This document shows positions 19,337 to 30,032 of a DNA stretch of 64,000 nucleotides, piece after piece. The notes beneath the pieces were generated by a model. It ran no database searches and was not told the DNA's origin. It worked only from the letters and a program-made list of their open reading frames with translations. Numbering within the stretch: position 1 is the stretch's first letter; the number at the start of each line of letters is the position of its first letter. The DNA comes from Planctomycetota bacterium (GTDB taxonomy: Bacteria > Planctomycetota > GCA-002687715 > CAIWVZ01): the NCBI GenBank assembly GCA_044222185.1, contig JBGANV010000014.1, positions 1 through 64,000 on the forward strand, given 5' to 3'. A program made the position numbers and the translations under genes.

Positions 19337-21616
19337 ATGAGTTCTGCACGGGTCGTTCTCGCCGTGATGTGTCTCGCCGCGTTCGGTGTCGCGGTGTGGC
19401 TCGTCTCCGACTCGATGCGGACCACCGCGGCGGTCAATCCGATCGCGGTGGACGGAGGCATCACGACGCCCAGGCCAGTCACCGCGGTCGATCGTCCAGG
19501 CGGCGGCGACTCCTCGTTGCGCCCGGTCGTCAGGCCCGTGCCGTTCGCGGCGGCGCAGGACCCCGAGGCCGCGAGTGTTGCGGAGAGTGCCCCCGCAGCG
19601 AATCCCAACGATCTCGCCATCGTCGTGACCGTCGTGACGTTCGACGGCATGCCGGCGGCGCATGCGGCCGTGACGTTCCGCACGCGACGGCGCGGAGCCG
19701 GGGTCATGGAGACCCGAAGGACGTCGGACGTGGGTGTCGTCGTGTTCGGCCCGTGGACGCAGCGCAGCGGTCCCGACCTCGATGACGTCGTCACGATCGA
19801 GTCGGTGTCGGCGCCAGCACCGACGTCCCGTGTCGAGGGCGTGCTCCGCGACCTCCACGCGACGGGCGTGATCCTGCGCCTGCCGCCGACGGGAACGGTC
19901 GTCGTCAACGTTCAATCCTCGGAGCCCGGGCCGCGATCCGCGTCGGTCGGGCTGCGGCGCCTCGGCGAGTTCGTGCCCAAGGATGCGGGCGGCGAAACCC
20001 AACGGGCAAACGACGGCGGCGTCGCGGTGTTTCCCTTCGTACCCCTGAACGCGGTGTTTGCGGTGACCGTCGATCTGGAAGGCTTCGACACTCCGCCGCG
20101 CAAAGCCGTGGGCCCCACCGCCGCGGGCGAATCGGTCACGATCGACGTACCCGTCGGACCGAGGCTTCACGTCGTGCGCGCCCGGATCCTCTCGGGCGAT
20201 GGAAAGCCCCTTTCGTCCGCGTTCATCCGAATCGAGGGCGGGGCGTCCGACAACGCGACCAAGTGGGCCGAGCTCGGCGACGGGACGACGGGCGAGAATG
20301 GAGAGCTCGACTGCCTGTTGCGAGCCGAGCCGATGTCAGGGGCGGCCGAGCTGAGGTTCAGTCGGATCGAGCGCGGTGACGCCGTGGCGGCCGCGAACGT
20401 TCGCCTGCCCGATCCGCTCCCACCGTCGACGATCGACGCGGGCGACGTCAGGCTTCGCGAGGCGCCCGTCGGGGCCGAGGGCATCGTCGTGACGGAGGAC
20501 GGCCGCCCGGCCCAGGACGTCGCGCTCGAGCTCTTCATGCGAAAACCATCGGCGAAGAAACCTGTCGACTGGGTTCCGTCGGGCCGTGTCATGGGCCGCT
20601 CCGGCGCCGATGGCCGATTTCAGCTACGCGGGGTCCTCGCCGGCATCGACGCGAGCATCGAGCTCGCGCTGGGAGTTCGCGATGCCGTCCTGGTGAACCC
20701 CGAGCCCGTTGCGTTCCGCCTCGGCGCGCGCGACCTCCGACTCGTCGTCGCCGTCGGTGCCGGAATCGCAGGTCGAATCGTTCTCCCGGCGACCTGGAGC
20801 GGCGAGGAGTTGGCCGTGACGCTCGAAGCGGGCGGCGAAGGCGGGCGATCGCTCCCCATCCGGATCGACACCGACGGGAACTTCGACGATCGGACGGTGC
20901 CCCGCATGCAAGGGTCGTTCGTGATCCGCCATCCGCGGAAGGGTGGCGACGTCGTACGACGGTTCGATGGGGTCACGATCTCGGCCGATGCCACGGATCC
21001 GAGGCTGCGGGAGATTCACCTCTCGGAGACCTGCCTGCTCGTCGCCGTGCGCGCGCGGGCGCCCGACGGCAGCCCCGTGAACCGGTTCCACGTGGCCGAA
21101 CTGGATGGGTCCGCGCCGAAAGGCTCGGCACCGAGGTACCCCGCGGCCCGCCCGGTCGGCGAGGTTCACCTGGCATTTCCCGACCGTGCGCCGCGATCCC
21201 TCCTCGTCGAAGCGGAGGGGTTCCGCTCGATCCGGCTCGATGGAGTGGTCTCCGACTGCGACGTCGCGCTTCAGGCCGGCCTGCCGGTCGCGTGCGAGGC
21301 CGCCGGGATTCCCGAGTTGGGTTCCGACGCCGTCGTCACCGCCGAGTTCACGTCCGAGTCGAGCGCGTCGCCGATCGACGCGCGTGTCGCTCGCGATGGC
21401 TCCTTCTCCTGTGACCTGCCGAGCGCGGGGCCGTGGCGCATCCACCTGGCAGCATCCGCCGGCAAACCCGGTTTCTCGACCGAGCTCGCGGGCCCGTTCC
21501 AGATCCACGTGAAGGACGTGACCGAAGCACAACGCTTTCACGTGACGCTGAGCGTCGCGGATCGCGCGATCCTGCAGCGATCGGTCGCCGCCGTGCGGGC
21601 GAAGCTCGCGAAATAG
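19337..21616 (+). CDS. Membrane-anchored carboxypeptidase-regulatory-like repeat protein, paralog of the 16624 gene
   Basis: Same architecture; shares LPPT, GPT.AG, DPRL and GEVHLAF...PR.L blocks. Confidence 0.75.
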   Translation: MSSARVVLAVMCLAAFGVAVWLVSDSMRTTAAVNPIAVDGGITTPRPVTAVDRPGGGDSSLRPVVRPVPFAAAQDPEAASVAESAPAANPNDLAIVVTVVTFDGMPAAHAAVTFRTRRRGAGVMETRRTSDVGVVVFGPWTQRSGPDLDDVVTIESVSAPAPTSRVEGVLRDLHATGVILRLPPTGTVVVNVQSSEPGPRSASVGLRRLGEFVPKDAGGETQRANDGGVAVFPFVPLNAVFAVTVDLEGFDTPPRKAVGPTAAGESVTIDVPVGPRLHVVRARILSGDGKPLSSAFIRIEGGASDNATKWAELGDGTTGENGELDCLLRAEPMSGAAELRFSRIERGDAVAAANVRLPDPLPPSTIDAGDVRLREAPVGAEGIVVTEDGRPAQDVALELFMRKPSAKKPVDWVPSGRVMGRSGADGRFQLRGVLAGIDASIELALGVRDAVLVNPEPVAFRLGARDLRLVVAVGAGIAGRIVLPATWSGEELAVTLEAGGEGGRSLPIRIDTDGNFDDRTVPRMQGSFVIRHPRKGGDVVRRFDGVTISADATDPRLREIHLSETCLLVAVRARAPDGSPVNRFHVAELDGSAPKGSAPRYPAARPVGEVHLAFPDRAPRSLLVEAEGFRSIRLDGVVSDCDVALQAGLPVACEAAGIPELGSDAVVTAEFTSESSASPIDARVARDGSFSCDLPSAGPWRIHLAASAGKPGFSTELAGPFQIHVKDVTEAQRFHVTLSVADRAILQRSVAAVRAKLAK

Positions 21617-21633
21617 GCGGCGCCCGGCCTCGG

Positions 21634-22392
21634 TCAGTCACCCATCCCCATGCGGTAGCCGCCCGCGACGTCCAGGTTCACACCAGTGACGTAGCTCGAC
21701 GGATCCAGGAGGAAGAGCGCCGCCTTCGCGATGTCGTCGAGCGTGCCGGGACGGCGGAGCGGAATGACGTGGGCCGGATCGGGCGGCAGGTCCACGGAGT
21801 TCTCGAGCTGGCCCGGCGAGATCATGTTCACGCGGATGTTCCGCGGTGCGAGGCTCTTCGCGAATGCCTTCGTCGCGAGGCAGAGCGCGAGCTTGGTCGC
21901 CTGGTAGGCCGGCGCGCGCATGGACGTGGCGAGGTGGGTCACGCCGGCGTAGCCGAGGTTGATGACGGCGCCGCCAGTCGGCGGAAACAACTCGATCGCG
22001 CGCCTGATGATGGTGATCGGAGCCACGAGGTTCGCTTCGAGAAGGTCGCGCCACTCCCTCTCGCTCGTCTCCTCGATGGGTTTCACGAGGTAGTTGCCCA
22101 CGTTGTTGACGACGATCGAGAGACGATCCGTTTCGCGACGGATCGTCGCCATCATCCCATCGATCGAGTCCTCCCGGAGGAAGTCGGCGGAGACGCACCA
22201 CGCGCGGCGGCCCATGCCGCGGATGGCCGCAGCGACGGTTTCGGCCTCGGACTTCGACGTGTGGTAGTGGACGACGACGTCGGCGCCCGCTCCGGCCAAC
22301 GCGAACGCCAGGTGTCGCCCGAGACGCTTCGCGGCGCCCGTGACCAGTGCGACCTGCCCCGTGAGCAGACCACTGCTCGAGCGGTCGCTCAC
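21634..22392 (-). CDS. Pteridine reductase-like SDR (FolM/PTR1 type)
   Basis: TGAAKRLG, VVVHY, NNVG and YxxxK (YQATK); coupled to folB. Confidence 0.85.
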   Translation of the reverse strand: MSDRSSSGLLTGQVALVTGAAKRLGRHLAFALAGAGADVVVHYHTSKSEAETVAAAIRGMGRRAWCVSADFLREDSIDGMMATIRRETDRLSIVVNNVGNYLVKPIEETSEREWRDLLEANLVAPITIIRRAIELFPPTGGAVINLGYAGVTHLATSMRAPAYQATKLALCLATKAFAKSLAPRNIRVNMISPGQLENSVDLPPDPAHVIPLRRPGTLDDIAKAALFLLDPSSYVTGVNLDVAGGYRMGMGD

Positions 22393-22742
22393 GGCCGGCG
22401 CTCCACGTACACGGCGGGCCAGTTCGCCCGCGGCACGGCGCCGGGCTTCATGATCTTCAAGCCGACGCGCGCCGCCGCGAACTCACGGATGACGAGTGCG
22501 GCCCCTTCCTCCGCGAACGTCTCGAGAAGCTTGTACTTCCGCGTCTTCGCGAGGTTCGTCAACGCGTCCGCGAGGTGGACGTAGTCGACCGTGTCCTTCA
22601 CGTGATCGCTCATCGCCGCTGCGGCGAAGTCCCGATCGAGCGCGCAGTCCACGATGAGGGTCTGCTCCTTCACGCGCTCGTGAGGATAGATCCCGATGAC
22701 GCAGTCGATCTTGAGGCCTTCGATGAAGATCGTGCCGATCAT
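22389..22742 (-). CDS. folB: Dihydroneopterin aldolase
   Basis: IGIYPHER..Q, TVDY, LLETFAE and K.P motifs; 117 aa. Confidence 0.93.
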   Translation of the reverse strand: MIGTIFIEGLKIDCVIGIYPHERVKEQTLIVDCALDRDFAAAAMSDHVKDTVDYVHLADALTNLAKTRKYKLLETFAEEGAALVIREFAAARVGLKIMKPGAVPRANWPAVYVERRP

Positions 22743-23800
22743 GTCGGTCTCCTGAGCAGGCCGCGCGCGGTGGCTTCATCCAACGCGATGCGGGTCGGTT
22801 GATTCAGTCGCAGCTTCAGGGCTTCGTCGATCGTGACCCACCGCGCTTCTTCCAGTTCGTAGTTCGGCTTCAGCTTCGACGGATCGACGGCATGGGAAAC
22901 GTAGTTGATGAGGAGGAAGTGGCGCTTCTGCAGGAACTCGGGGGACTCGATGCAGTCCTGGATCATGAGCATCGTCGAGTTCCGCACGTCGAGGCCCGTC
23001 TCCTCGCGAATCTCGCGCTCGTAGGCGGCGAGCATCGTTTCGCCGTACTCGATCTTGCCCCCGGGGATTCCGAACGTGTCCGACCATTTCCGCGTCCGCA
23101 CGAGGAGGATGCGTCCGTCGGGATGGACGACGATGCCGCCCACGGTCGGAATGACGAGCTTCTGCGTCTGGTACATCCACTCGCGATCGAGGGCGTTGAC
23201 GACGTCGCGCACAGACCCGAACGCGTAGTCGGGGGACGCGGCCGACAGTTTCGATCGGCTCGTGTACCCGTAGAGCGCAGCGCCGGCGCGGACACCGGCG
23301 ATCCGCGCCGCCTCCAGATCGTGGAGCGTGTCGCCCACGTACAGAGTTTCGTCGCGGACGAGCCCGTGGTCCGTGAGCATCCGGGGGAGGACGCCGCGTT
23401 TGTCCGAAGCACCACCGTGGATCTTCGTGAACACGTCGGCGAGCCCCCGCGATCGCAACGTCCGCTCGAGGATCTCCGTCGGCACCGTCGAGAGGATGAA
23501 CAGCCTGATGCCGCGGGTCACGCATCCGTGGAGGAGCGCGTGGACTCCGTCGAAGAGCGGCGCCGAGTCGACGTGTTGGGCATAACGGCGGAAGAACTCG
23601 GCGTCGATGTCGCCGATGGAGACGCCCGGAAGCCGCGACGCGTAGAAACCCTCGACCGGGATCCGGAAGTCGCGGCGGTACGTCTCCAGGTCGACGGCTC
23701 GACCACCGAAGCGGACGAGCGTGTCGTTCGTCGCCGCCAGTGTGACCGTGATGTCGTCGGCCAGCGTGCCGGCCCAATCCAGTACGACTGATGAGATCAA
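22739..23800 (-). CDS. HAD phosphatase-NUDIX hydrolase fusion
   Basis: DWAGT, LST, K and GDTLHD (HAD motifs I-IV); intact Nudix box GKIEYGETMLAAYEREIREETGL; TTG start with AGGAG RBS. Confidence 0.88.
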   Translation of the reverse strand: MISSVVLDWAGTLADDITVTLAATNDTLVRFGGRAVDLETYRRDFRIPVEGFYASRLPGVSIGDIDAEFFRRYAQHVDSAPLFDGVHALLHGCVTRGIRLFILSTVPTEILERTLRSRGLADVFTKIHGGASDKRGVLPRMLTDHGLVRDETLYVGDTLHDLEAARIAGVRAGAALYGYTSRSKLSAASPDYAFGSVRDVVNALDREWMYQTQKLVIPTVGGIVVHPDGRILLVRTRKWSDTFGIPGGKIEYGETMLAAYEREIREETGLDVRNSTMLMIQDCIESPEFLQKRHFLLINYVSHAVDPSKLKPNYELEEARWVTIDEALKLRLNQPTRIALDEATARGLLRRPT

Positions 23801-24142
23801 CGAGACTCCTGCGTGGGTCGGGCACGCTAGCACGATCGCGGATCGGCGGCAGGGGGCTCGGCGGACGCGGTCGATCGAAACGGTCGAGCCCGGTGGCCTC
23901 GCTTGCGGCGAGCTCGGTGCCAGAAACGCGTGACGAAAACGCGGAGCGCGGCTCGCGATCCTCGCACCATTCCGGTGGACATCTGGTTTTGGCGACGCCG
24001 CGGATCGGCCGAGCGCGATCGGCGAAACGCGTCGCCGGGTCGCGGAGGACGGGGTGTCAGCCCTCCTTCACGCTCGTGGTGCGGATCGAGTCCTGGATCG
24101 TCCGAGCGCCGGCATTACCATTCGAGCCCCGACACCGCGCCC

Positions 24143-25048
24143 ATGGATCACCACCGCCTCACCAACCTTCAAGCGCTCGAAGACGAGGCCATCCACGTCT
24201 TTCGCGAGGTGGTGGCCGAGTGCGAGCGTCCCGTGATGCTCTACTCCGCCGGCAAGGATTCGAGCGTGATGCTGCGGCTCGCGCAGAAGGCATTTCGTCC
24301 GGGCCGCATTCCGTTTCCGTTGCTCCACGTCGACACGGGCTTCAAGTTCGCCGAGATGTACGCGTTCCGTGACCGTGTCGCGGCGGAGGCGGGCGTCCAA
24401 CTCCTCGTGCACCGGAATGAGGCGGCCATCGCGAACGGAACGAATCCGTGGGAGCTGGGGACCTCGGCGTGCTGTGCGTTGCTGAAGACGAGAGCCCTCC
24501 TCGATGCACTCACCCGACACGGCTTCACCGCCGCGTTCGGTGGAGCGCGGCGCGACGAGGAGAAGTCGCGGGCGAAGGAGCGCGTCTACTCGTTTCGGGA
24601 TGTGCGCGGTCAGTGGGACCCCCGCAACCAGGGGCCCGAGCTGTGGAACCTCTACAACGGACGGGTCAACGCCGGCGAGACCGTGCGGGTCTTCCCGCTT
24701 TCGAACTGGACCGAGATCGACGTGTGGCACTACATCCACCGCGAGGCGATCGACGTGGTTCCGATGTACTTCGCCAGACCGCGCGCCGTGTTCGAACGTG
24801 GCGCGCAGCTCATCCCCGCCGAACTGGTTCATCCGTCGGTGAAGGATGAACGGCCGTCCATGGTCGTGTGTCGCTTCCGAAGCCTCGGCTGCATCCCTTG
24901 CACGGGTGCCGTGCGGTCGGCGGCGTCGACGGTCCCCGAGATCATCCTCGAGCTGGCCTCGACGCGGAGCTCGGAGCGGATGAACCGTCTCATCGATCAC
25001 GACACGGACGCGTCCATGGAGCAGAAGAAACGCGAGGGCTACTTTTGA
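24143..25048 (+). CDS. cysD: Sulfate adenylyltransferase subunit 2
   Basis: [36 protein letters not shown]-terminal KKREGYF. Confidence 0.97.
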   Translation: MDHHRLTNLQALEDEAIHVFREVVAECERPVMLYSAGKDSSVMLRLAQKAFRPGRIPFPLLHVDTGFKFAEMYAFRDRVAAEAGVQLLVHRNEAAIANGTNPWELGTSACCALLKTRALLDALTRHGFTAAFGGARRDEEKSRAKERVYSFRDVRGQWDPRNQGPELWNLYNGRVNAGETVRVFPLSNWTEIDVWHYIHREAIDVVPMYFARPRAVFERGAQLIPAELVHPSVKDERPSMVVCRFRSLGCIPCTGAVRSAASTVPEIILELASTRSSERMNRLIDHDTDASMEQKKREGYF

Positions 25049-26949
25049 CGGACGCCGGGCGGATGCTGCGGCGATTCTCCGAGGCCGACCTCCTGCGAAT
25101 CGCGTCGGCGGGGAGCGTGGATGACGGGAAGTCCACGTTGCTCGGACGACTCCTGCACGATGCGCGAGCGATCCACGACGATCAGCTCGCCCGCGTGGAG
25201 GAGGCGTCGCTGCGCATCGGCGGCTCGAAGATCGATTACGCCTTCGTCCTCGACGGGCTGAAGGCGGAGCGCGAGCAGGGGATCACCATCGACGTCGCCT
25301 ATCGCTCGTTCGCCACCGAACGGCGTCGCTTCCTCATCGCGGATACCCCCGGCCACGAGCAGTACACCCGGAACATGGTCACGGCGGCGTCGACGGCCGA
25401 TCTGGCACTTCTCCTCGTCGACGCGCGGTCCGGCGTCCGTGACCAAACGAAGCGGCATGCGTATCTGGCGTCGCTCCTGGGGATCCGCCACTTCGTCGTC
25501 GTGGTGAACAAGATGGACCTGGTCGGATACGCAGAGGACGCTTTCGAGCGCATCCGCACCGAGTTCTCCGACTTCGCGGAGCGCCTCCAGGTTCCCGACG
25601 TGACCTTCATCCCGGCGAGCGCGATCCACGGAGAGAACGTCGTGGCGTCGGCGCCGTCCATGCCGTGGTATGGGGGACTCACGCTGCTGAAGCAGCTCGA
25701 ATCCGCCTATGCGCCGGGTGCGAGGAACCTGGTGGACCTGCGCCTCCCCGTGCAGTGCGTGATCCGCGCCGGCGATGAACTCCGCCGCTACGCCGGGCAG
25801 CTCGCGTCGGGTGTGGTCAGCGTCGGTGATCCGATCGTCGTCCTGCCGTCGGGGCGCGCGTCACGCGTGCGGTCCATCGAGACGTCCGCCGGTTCTGCCC
25901 AGGTTGCGTTCGCCGGCCAGTCGGTGGCGGTCACGCTTGCCGACGAGATCGACGTAGGGCGCGGCGACGTGCTCGTGGGCGCCGCGGATCCGCCGGCCGT
26001 CACCTCCGAGATCGATGCCGATCTCGTGTGGCTTTGTGATCGCCCGCTCGATCCAGCGCGCACGTACGTGATCAAACACGGCACCTGCGTCACCCGCGCG
26101 CAGATCGGTCGACCCGAGTCTCGCGTCGATCCTCTCGAGCTTCGCCATGAGGCGGCTGCGAGCCTCGCGCTCAACGACGTGGGGCGCGTGCGCCTCGAGA
26201 CCGTGCGACCCCTCGTCGTCGATGCCTACCGGCGCATCCGCGGGACGGGCAGCTTCATCGTCATCGATCCGACGACGAACGTGACGATCGCCGCGGGACT
26301 GATCGTCGATCCGCGGGCCCGGTCGTCCGCGCGCGTCGACGGCGCGCAGCCCGTGAGCCGCAACATCACGCCGACGTCGGGGCAGGTGACGCGCGACGAG
26401 CGCCGGCGCCTTCACGGCCAGAGCGCCGTCACGGTCTGGTTCACGGGCCTCAGCAGCTCCGGCAAGTCGACGCTCGCCTACGCGCTCGAACGCCGACTCG
26501 TGTCCGACGGTCGCCCCTGCTTCGTCCTCGACGGCGACAACCTGCGGCACGGTCTCAACCGCGACCTGGGCTTCAGCCCTGAAGACCGCCGGGAGAACAT
26601 CCGCCGCGCCGCCGAAGTCGCCGCCCTGTTCAACGAGGCCGGTGTGATCGCGATCACGGCGTTCATTTCCCCCTATCGCGCCGATCGCGAATCGGCGCGC
26701 GCCGTCGTCGGCGCCGGCCGCTTCGTCGAGGTGTTCGTCGATGCGCCACTGGCCGTCTGCGAAGAGCGCGATCCGAAGGGTCTCTATCGGAAGGCCCGGG
26801 CCGGCCAGATTCCCGAGTTCACGGGAGTCACGGCGCCGTACGAGGCTCCGCTCGACCCCGCGGTCCACGTCGAGACTCACCGCTCGACGACGACCGAGGG
26901 CGTCGATCGCATCGTCGCTCATCTGCGCGCCATTGGCGTGTTCCCGTAG
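25045..26949 (+). CDS. cysNC: Bifunctional sulfate adenylyltransferase subunit 1 / APS kinase
   Basis: [23 protein letters not shown] and NKMD, then [19 protein letters not shown] and RDPKGLY; TTG overlaps the cysD stop (alternative ATG at 25063). Confidence 0.96.
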   Translation: MTDAGRMLRRFSEADLLRIASAGSVDDGKSTLLGRLLHDARAIHDDQLARVEEASLRIGGSKIDYAFVLDGLKAEREQGITIDVAYRSFATERRRFLIADTPGHEQYTRNMVTAASTADLALLLVDARSGVRDQTKRHAYLASLLGIRHFVVVVNKMDLVGYAEDAFERIRTEFSDFAERLQVPDVTFIPASAIHGENVVASAPSMPWYGGLTLLKQLESAYAPGARNLVDLRLPVQCVIRAGDELRRYAGQLASGVVSVGDPIVVLPSGRASRVRSIETSAGSAQVAFAGQSVAVTLADEIDVGRGDVLVGAADPPAVTSEIDADLVWLCDRPLDPARTYVIKHGTCVTRAQIGRPESRVDPLELRHEAAASLALNDVGRVRLETVRPLVVDAYRRIRGTGSFIVIDPTTNVTIAAGLIVDPRARSSARVDGAQPVSRNITPTSGQVTRDERRRLHGQSAVTVWFTGLSSSGKSTLAYALERRLVSDGRPCFVLDGDNLRHGLNRDLGFSPEDRRENIRRAAEVAALFNEAGVIAITAFISPYRADRESARAVVGAGRFVEVFVDAPLAVCEERDPKGLYRKARAGQIPEFTGVTAPYEAPLDPAVHVETHRSTTTEGVDRIVAHLRAIGVFP

Positions 26950-27110
26950 ACGGAGAGCGGCGGCGCGGCCACGGCCACGAGGCGTGCGGATGCGCACGGT
27001 GCGCCGACCGGCCGGGCGCAGCGACGGCGCGCCACGACTTGTCCCTGGGGCTTCCGCAGAGGGAAATGCGCGCACCGGTCGCCTGACGGGCCAACCGGCA
27101 TGTCGGTTGC

Positions 27111-29759
27111 ATGAGTTCGATTGATGCGCCGCCTTTGGCTGCCTTCGGGAGACTGTGCTCATGTTCCATGACCAGGCCGTCGTTGGCGTCAGGATCCGCG
27201 GGTGCGCGATCCTGGTCGCTCTCTCACGCGTTCGGGGTCGCAGGCGTCGGCGGCGGTCTCCTGAGTTACGGCCTGTCGACTGCGACCGGAACCGTCTATT
27301 CGCAACTCACGTTCGACGACGGCACCGGCCCGGCGTTGTACGTTGCGGGCGATTTCACCGTGGCGGGTGACGTCGCCGCCAACGGCATCGCGTGCCGCAA
27401 GAGCGGGAAATGGCAAGCCCTCGGGGCGGGGCCCGGCGGGCGCGTTTATTGCATGCTCGGATTCAACGACGGAACAGGGCCTGCGTTGTACGCCGGCGGT
27501 GAGTTCGGCGTTGCGCGGTGGAACGGTTCAAGTTGGGCGACGCTCGTCGGACTGCCGGCCACCGTCACGTGTCTGGCCGCCTTCGACGACGGCACGGGTA
27601 ACGCGCTCTACGCGGCCCGGATGGACCCATGCTGCATCGGCATCGTCGCGCGCTACCAGGGTGGCGCCTGGACGATCGTCGGCAGTCTTTCGCTGCCCGG
27701 GTTCCAAGGTGGCTACGCGGCCACGATGGCTGGGTTCGACGATGGAAGCGGGCCCGCGCTCTACGTGGCTGGAGGCTTCTCGACCGTGTCGGGCGTGACC
27801 GCGCCGGGGATCGCACGGTGGAACGGTGCGACGTGGGCGCCAGTCGGTGCGCTGGTTCCTGGCGTGCTCCGCACGCTGGTCGTGTTCGACGACGGCACCG
27901 GCGCCGCGCTCTACCTCGGCTTGACCGGCGTCGGCGGTGCTCCAGGCCTGCGACGGTGGTCGCCGCCCACGTCAACCTGGGCCGCCCTACCCGCTGGGTT
28001 TCTGGGAGCGGTTGCGGGCCTGACGGTGTACCACGGACCTGCGTTCGCGCGCGGGCTGTACGTCGCAGGGAACTTCGTCATCGGCGGGCCGGGCACGACG
28101 CCGGTGGCGAGGTGGAACGCGGGCACGGCGACGCCGCTGCCGATCACGACCGACGGCGCCGTCCGTTCGCTGGAGATCTTCGACGACGGGACGGGAACGT
28201 CGATGTTCGTGGGCGGGGCCTTCACGAAGGCGGGCGCGGTCGATGCCAGCAACCTCGCGCGCTGGAACGGCACGTCGGTGTTTCGTGTCGGTGCCGGTGT
28301 GAACGCACCTGCGACCGCGCTTCTCGTTCATGACGACGGCAGCGGCGCCGCGCTTTACGCGGGCGGCGAGTTCACGAGCATCACGTCCTCCTCCCAGGCC
28401 CACGTCGCGCGTTGGAATGGCAGCGCATGGGCGTCGCTCCAGTCCGGCGTGGACGGGCCCGTGCTCGCGCTCGCGGAGTTCAACGACGGTTCGGGTCTCG
28501 CCCTGTATGCGGGCGGACGTTTTGCGAACGCGGGCGGTGTCCCCGCGTCGAACGTCGCACGCTGGAACGGCACGCAATGGTCCGCGCTCGGCAGTGGCGT
28601 CCAATTGCCCGGCAGCCCCGCGCTGGCCGAGGTGCGTGCGTTCTCCGTATTCAACGATGGCTCCGGCCCGGCGCTCTACGCGGCCGGCGACTTCACGATC
28701 GCGGGTGGGGTCACGGCGACGGGAATCGCCCGATGGAATGGCGGCGCGTGGAGCGCGGTGGGATCCGCGTCGACCGGGCCCGTATCCGCACTCGGTCAAT
28801 TCGATGACGGGTCGGGGCTCGCGCTCTACGCCGGCGGGACCTTCACAACGTCAGGGGCAGGGGGAATCGCGTCCGTTGCCAGGTGGAACGGCTCACAGTG
28901 GTCGGCCGTGCCTGGCAACCCCCTTGCAGCGGGGACATTCAGCGTGCCGGCCGTGCGCGCGCTCACGACCTTCGACGACGGGACGGGTCCGGCCCTCTAC
29001 GTCGGCGGTGAGTTCACGACGCCGCTCAACGGGGGAACCCAGAACGTGGCGCGCTGGAATGGGGCACAGTGGCAAGGTCTGGGTGCCGGCCTGACGGGCG
29101 TCACCACGGCGACGGTGGCGCCGACGGTGGACGCGCTCGTGGTGCATGACGACGGCACGGGCCCGGCGCTCTACGCCGGTGGAAGGTTCAGTACGTCGGG
29201 CACTGCGACGACGTTCAACGACCTCGCGCGGTGGAGCGGTGCCGGTTGGCAACGCGTGCGCGGAGGCGTGCGCGGCACGAACGATCCGGTCGTTCACGCC
29301 CTGTGTTCGTTCAACGACGGTCCTGGCACGGCCCTCTTCGTCGGCGGCCGCTTCACCCTCGCCGACGGGATCGCGTCCGCCTACCTCGCGCGCTGGGCGT
29401 TGCCCCGCGCCGACCTGGCTTTCGTGCAGACCGGTGGTTCGGGGTCCCCGGTGATGGTGAATCAACGGTTCCTCATCCCCGGTGCGGAGTACTACAACGT
29501 CTTCAGCTTCCAGCCGGCACCGCTCGGAGTCGGCACGGGACCGTTCGGCGGGCTGTATGCGAGCAATCCGGCGGCGTTGCTCGCCCAACTACAGATTCCG
29601 CTCGGCATCCTGCCGTTCCATTTCGTCGCGACGTCCACATCCGTGTCCATGGGTCCCTATGCGCTGCCCGTCGGGACTCCGATCGAAGCGATCGACTTCC
29701 GCCTCGTCGGAGGTGCGCCCGGATGCCTGTCGCACGTCGTGGCGTATCTCGTGCAGTGA
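27111..29759 (+). CDS. Repeat beta-propeller surface protein (~14 FDDGxGPALY repeats) with C-terminal domain; start uncertain
   Basis: Repeats of (F/H)(D/N)DG(T/S)G.ALY(A/V)GG.F...ARWNG..W. Confidence 0.85.
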   Translation: MSSIDAPPLAAFGRLCSCSMTRPSLASGSAGARSWSLSHAFGVAGVGGGLLSYGLSTATGTVYSQLTFDDGTGPALYVAGDFTVAGDVAANGIACRKSGKWQALGAGPGGRVYCMLGFNDGTGPALYAGGEFGVARWNGSSWATLVGLPATVTCLAAFDDGTGNALYAARMDPCCIGIVARYQGGAWTIVGSLSLPGFQGGYAATMAGFDDGSGPALYVAGGFSTVSGVTAPGIARWNGATWAPVGALVPGVLRTLVVFDDGTGAALYLGLTGVGGAPGLRRWSPPTSTWAALPAGFLGAVAGLTVYHGPAFARGLYVAGNFVIGGPGTTPVARWNAGTATPLPITTDGAVRSLEIFDDGTGTSMFVGGAFTKAGAVDASNLARWNGTSVFRVGAGVNAPATALLVHDDGSGAALYAGGEFTSITSSSQAHVARWNGSAWASLQSGVDGPVLALAEFNDGSGLALYAGGRFANAGGVPASNVARWNGTQWSALGSGVQLPGSPALAEVRAFSVFNDGSGPALYAAGDFTIAGGVTATGIARWNGGAWSAVGSASTGPVSALGQFDDGSGLALYAGGTFTTSGAGGIASVARWNGSQWSAVPGNPLAAGTFSVPAVRALTTFDDGTGPALYVGGEFTTPLNGGTQNVARWNGAQWQGLGAGLTGVTTATVAPTVDALVVHDDGTGPALYAGGRFSTSGTATTFNDLARWSGAGWQRVRGGVRGTNDPVVHALCSFNDGPGTALFVGGRFTLADGIASAYLARWALPRADLAFVQTGGSGSPVMVNQRFLIPGAEYYNVFSFQPAPLGVGTGPFGGLYASNPAALLAQLQIPLGILPFHFVATSTSVSMGPYALPVGTPIEAIDFRLVGGAPGCLSHVVAYLVQ

Positions 29760-30032
29760 TCGACCGACGCGGCCGCCCTCGACGGGGAGCCCGCGAGCGC
29801 CAGGTGCTCCGAGGATCTCCTCTCGATCGAGCGTGCCTGACTCAGGCCAGCGCGGATTCACGGCAATCCACCTCGGATCGCGAGTCGCGGGCGCCGCGCG
29901 CTCGGGGTCATCGGTCGTGCCCCGACCCCGCCCCGAAAACTCCCGCTCGTGCTGGCGGCACGCGGTTTCCCTGAGATGATGGCGGCGGCTCGGATCGACC
30001 CCGAGGCCAACTCGGGGAAGGAGGCTGCGGCC

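Noticed and set aside
22739-23800. Phosphonatase PhnX, suggested by DWAGT
   Set aside because: No phn genes, no recognisable Schiff-base Lys cap motif, and the context is pterin metabolism.
8109-26949. Single halogenation/sulfation biosynthetic cluster (peroxidase, haloperoxidase, cysDNC)
   Set aside because: The genes are separated by unrelated housekeeping genes, with no scaffold synthase or precursor peptide.
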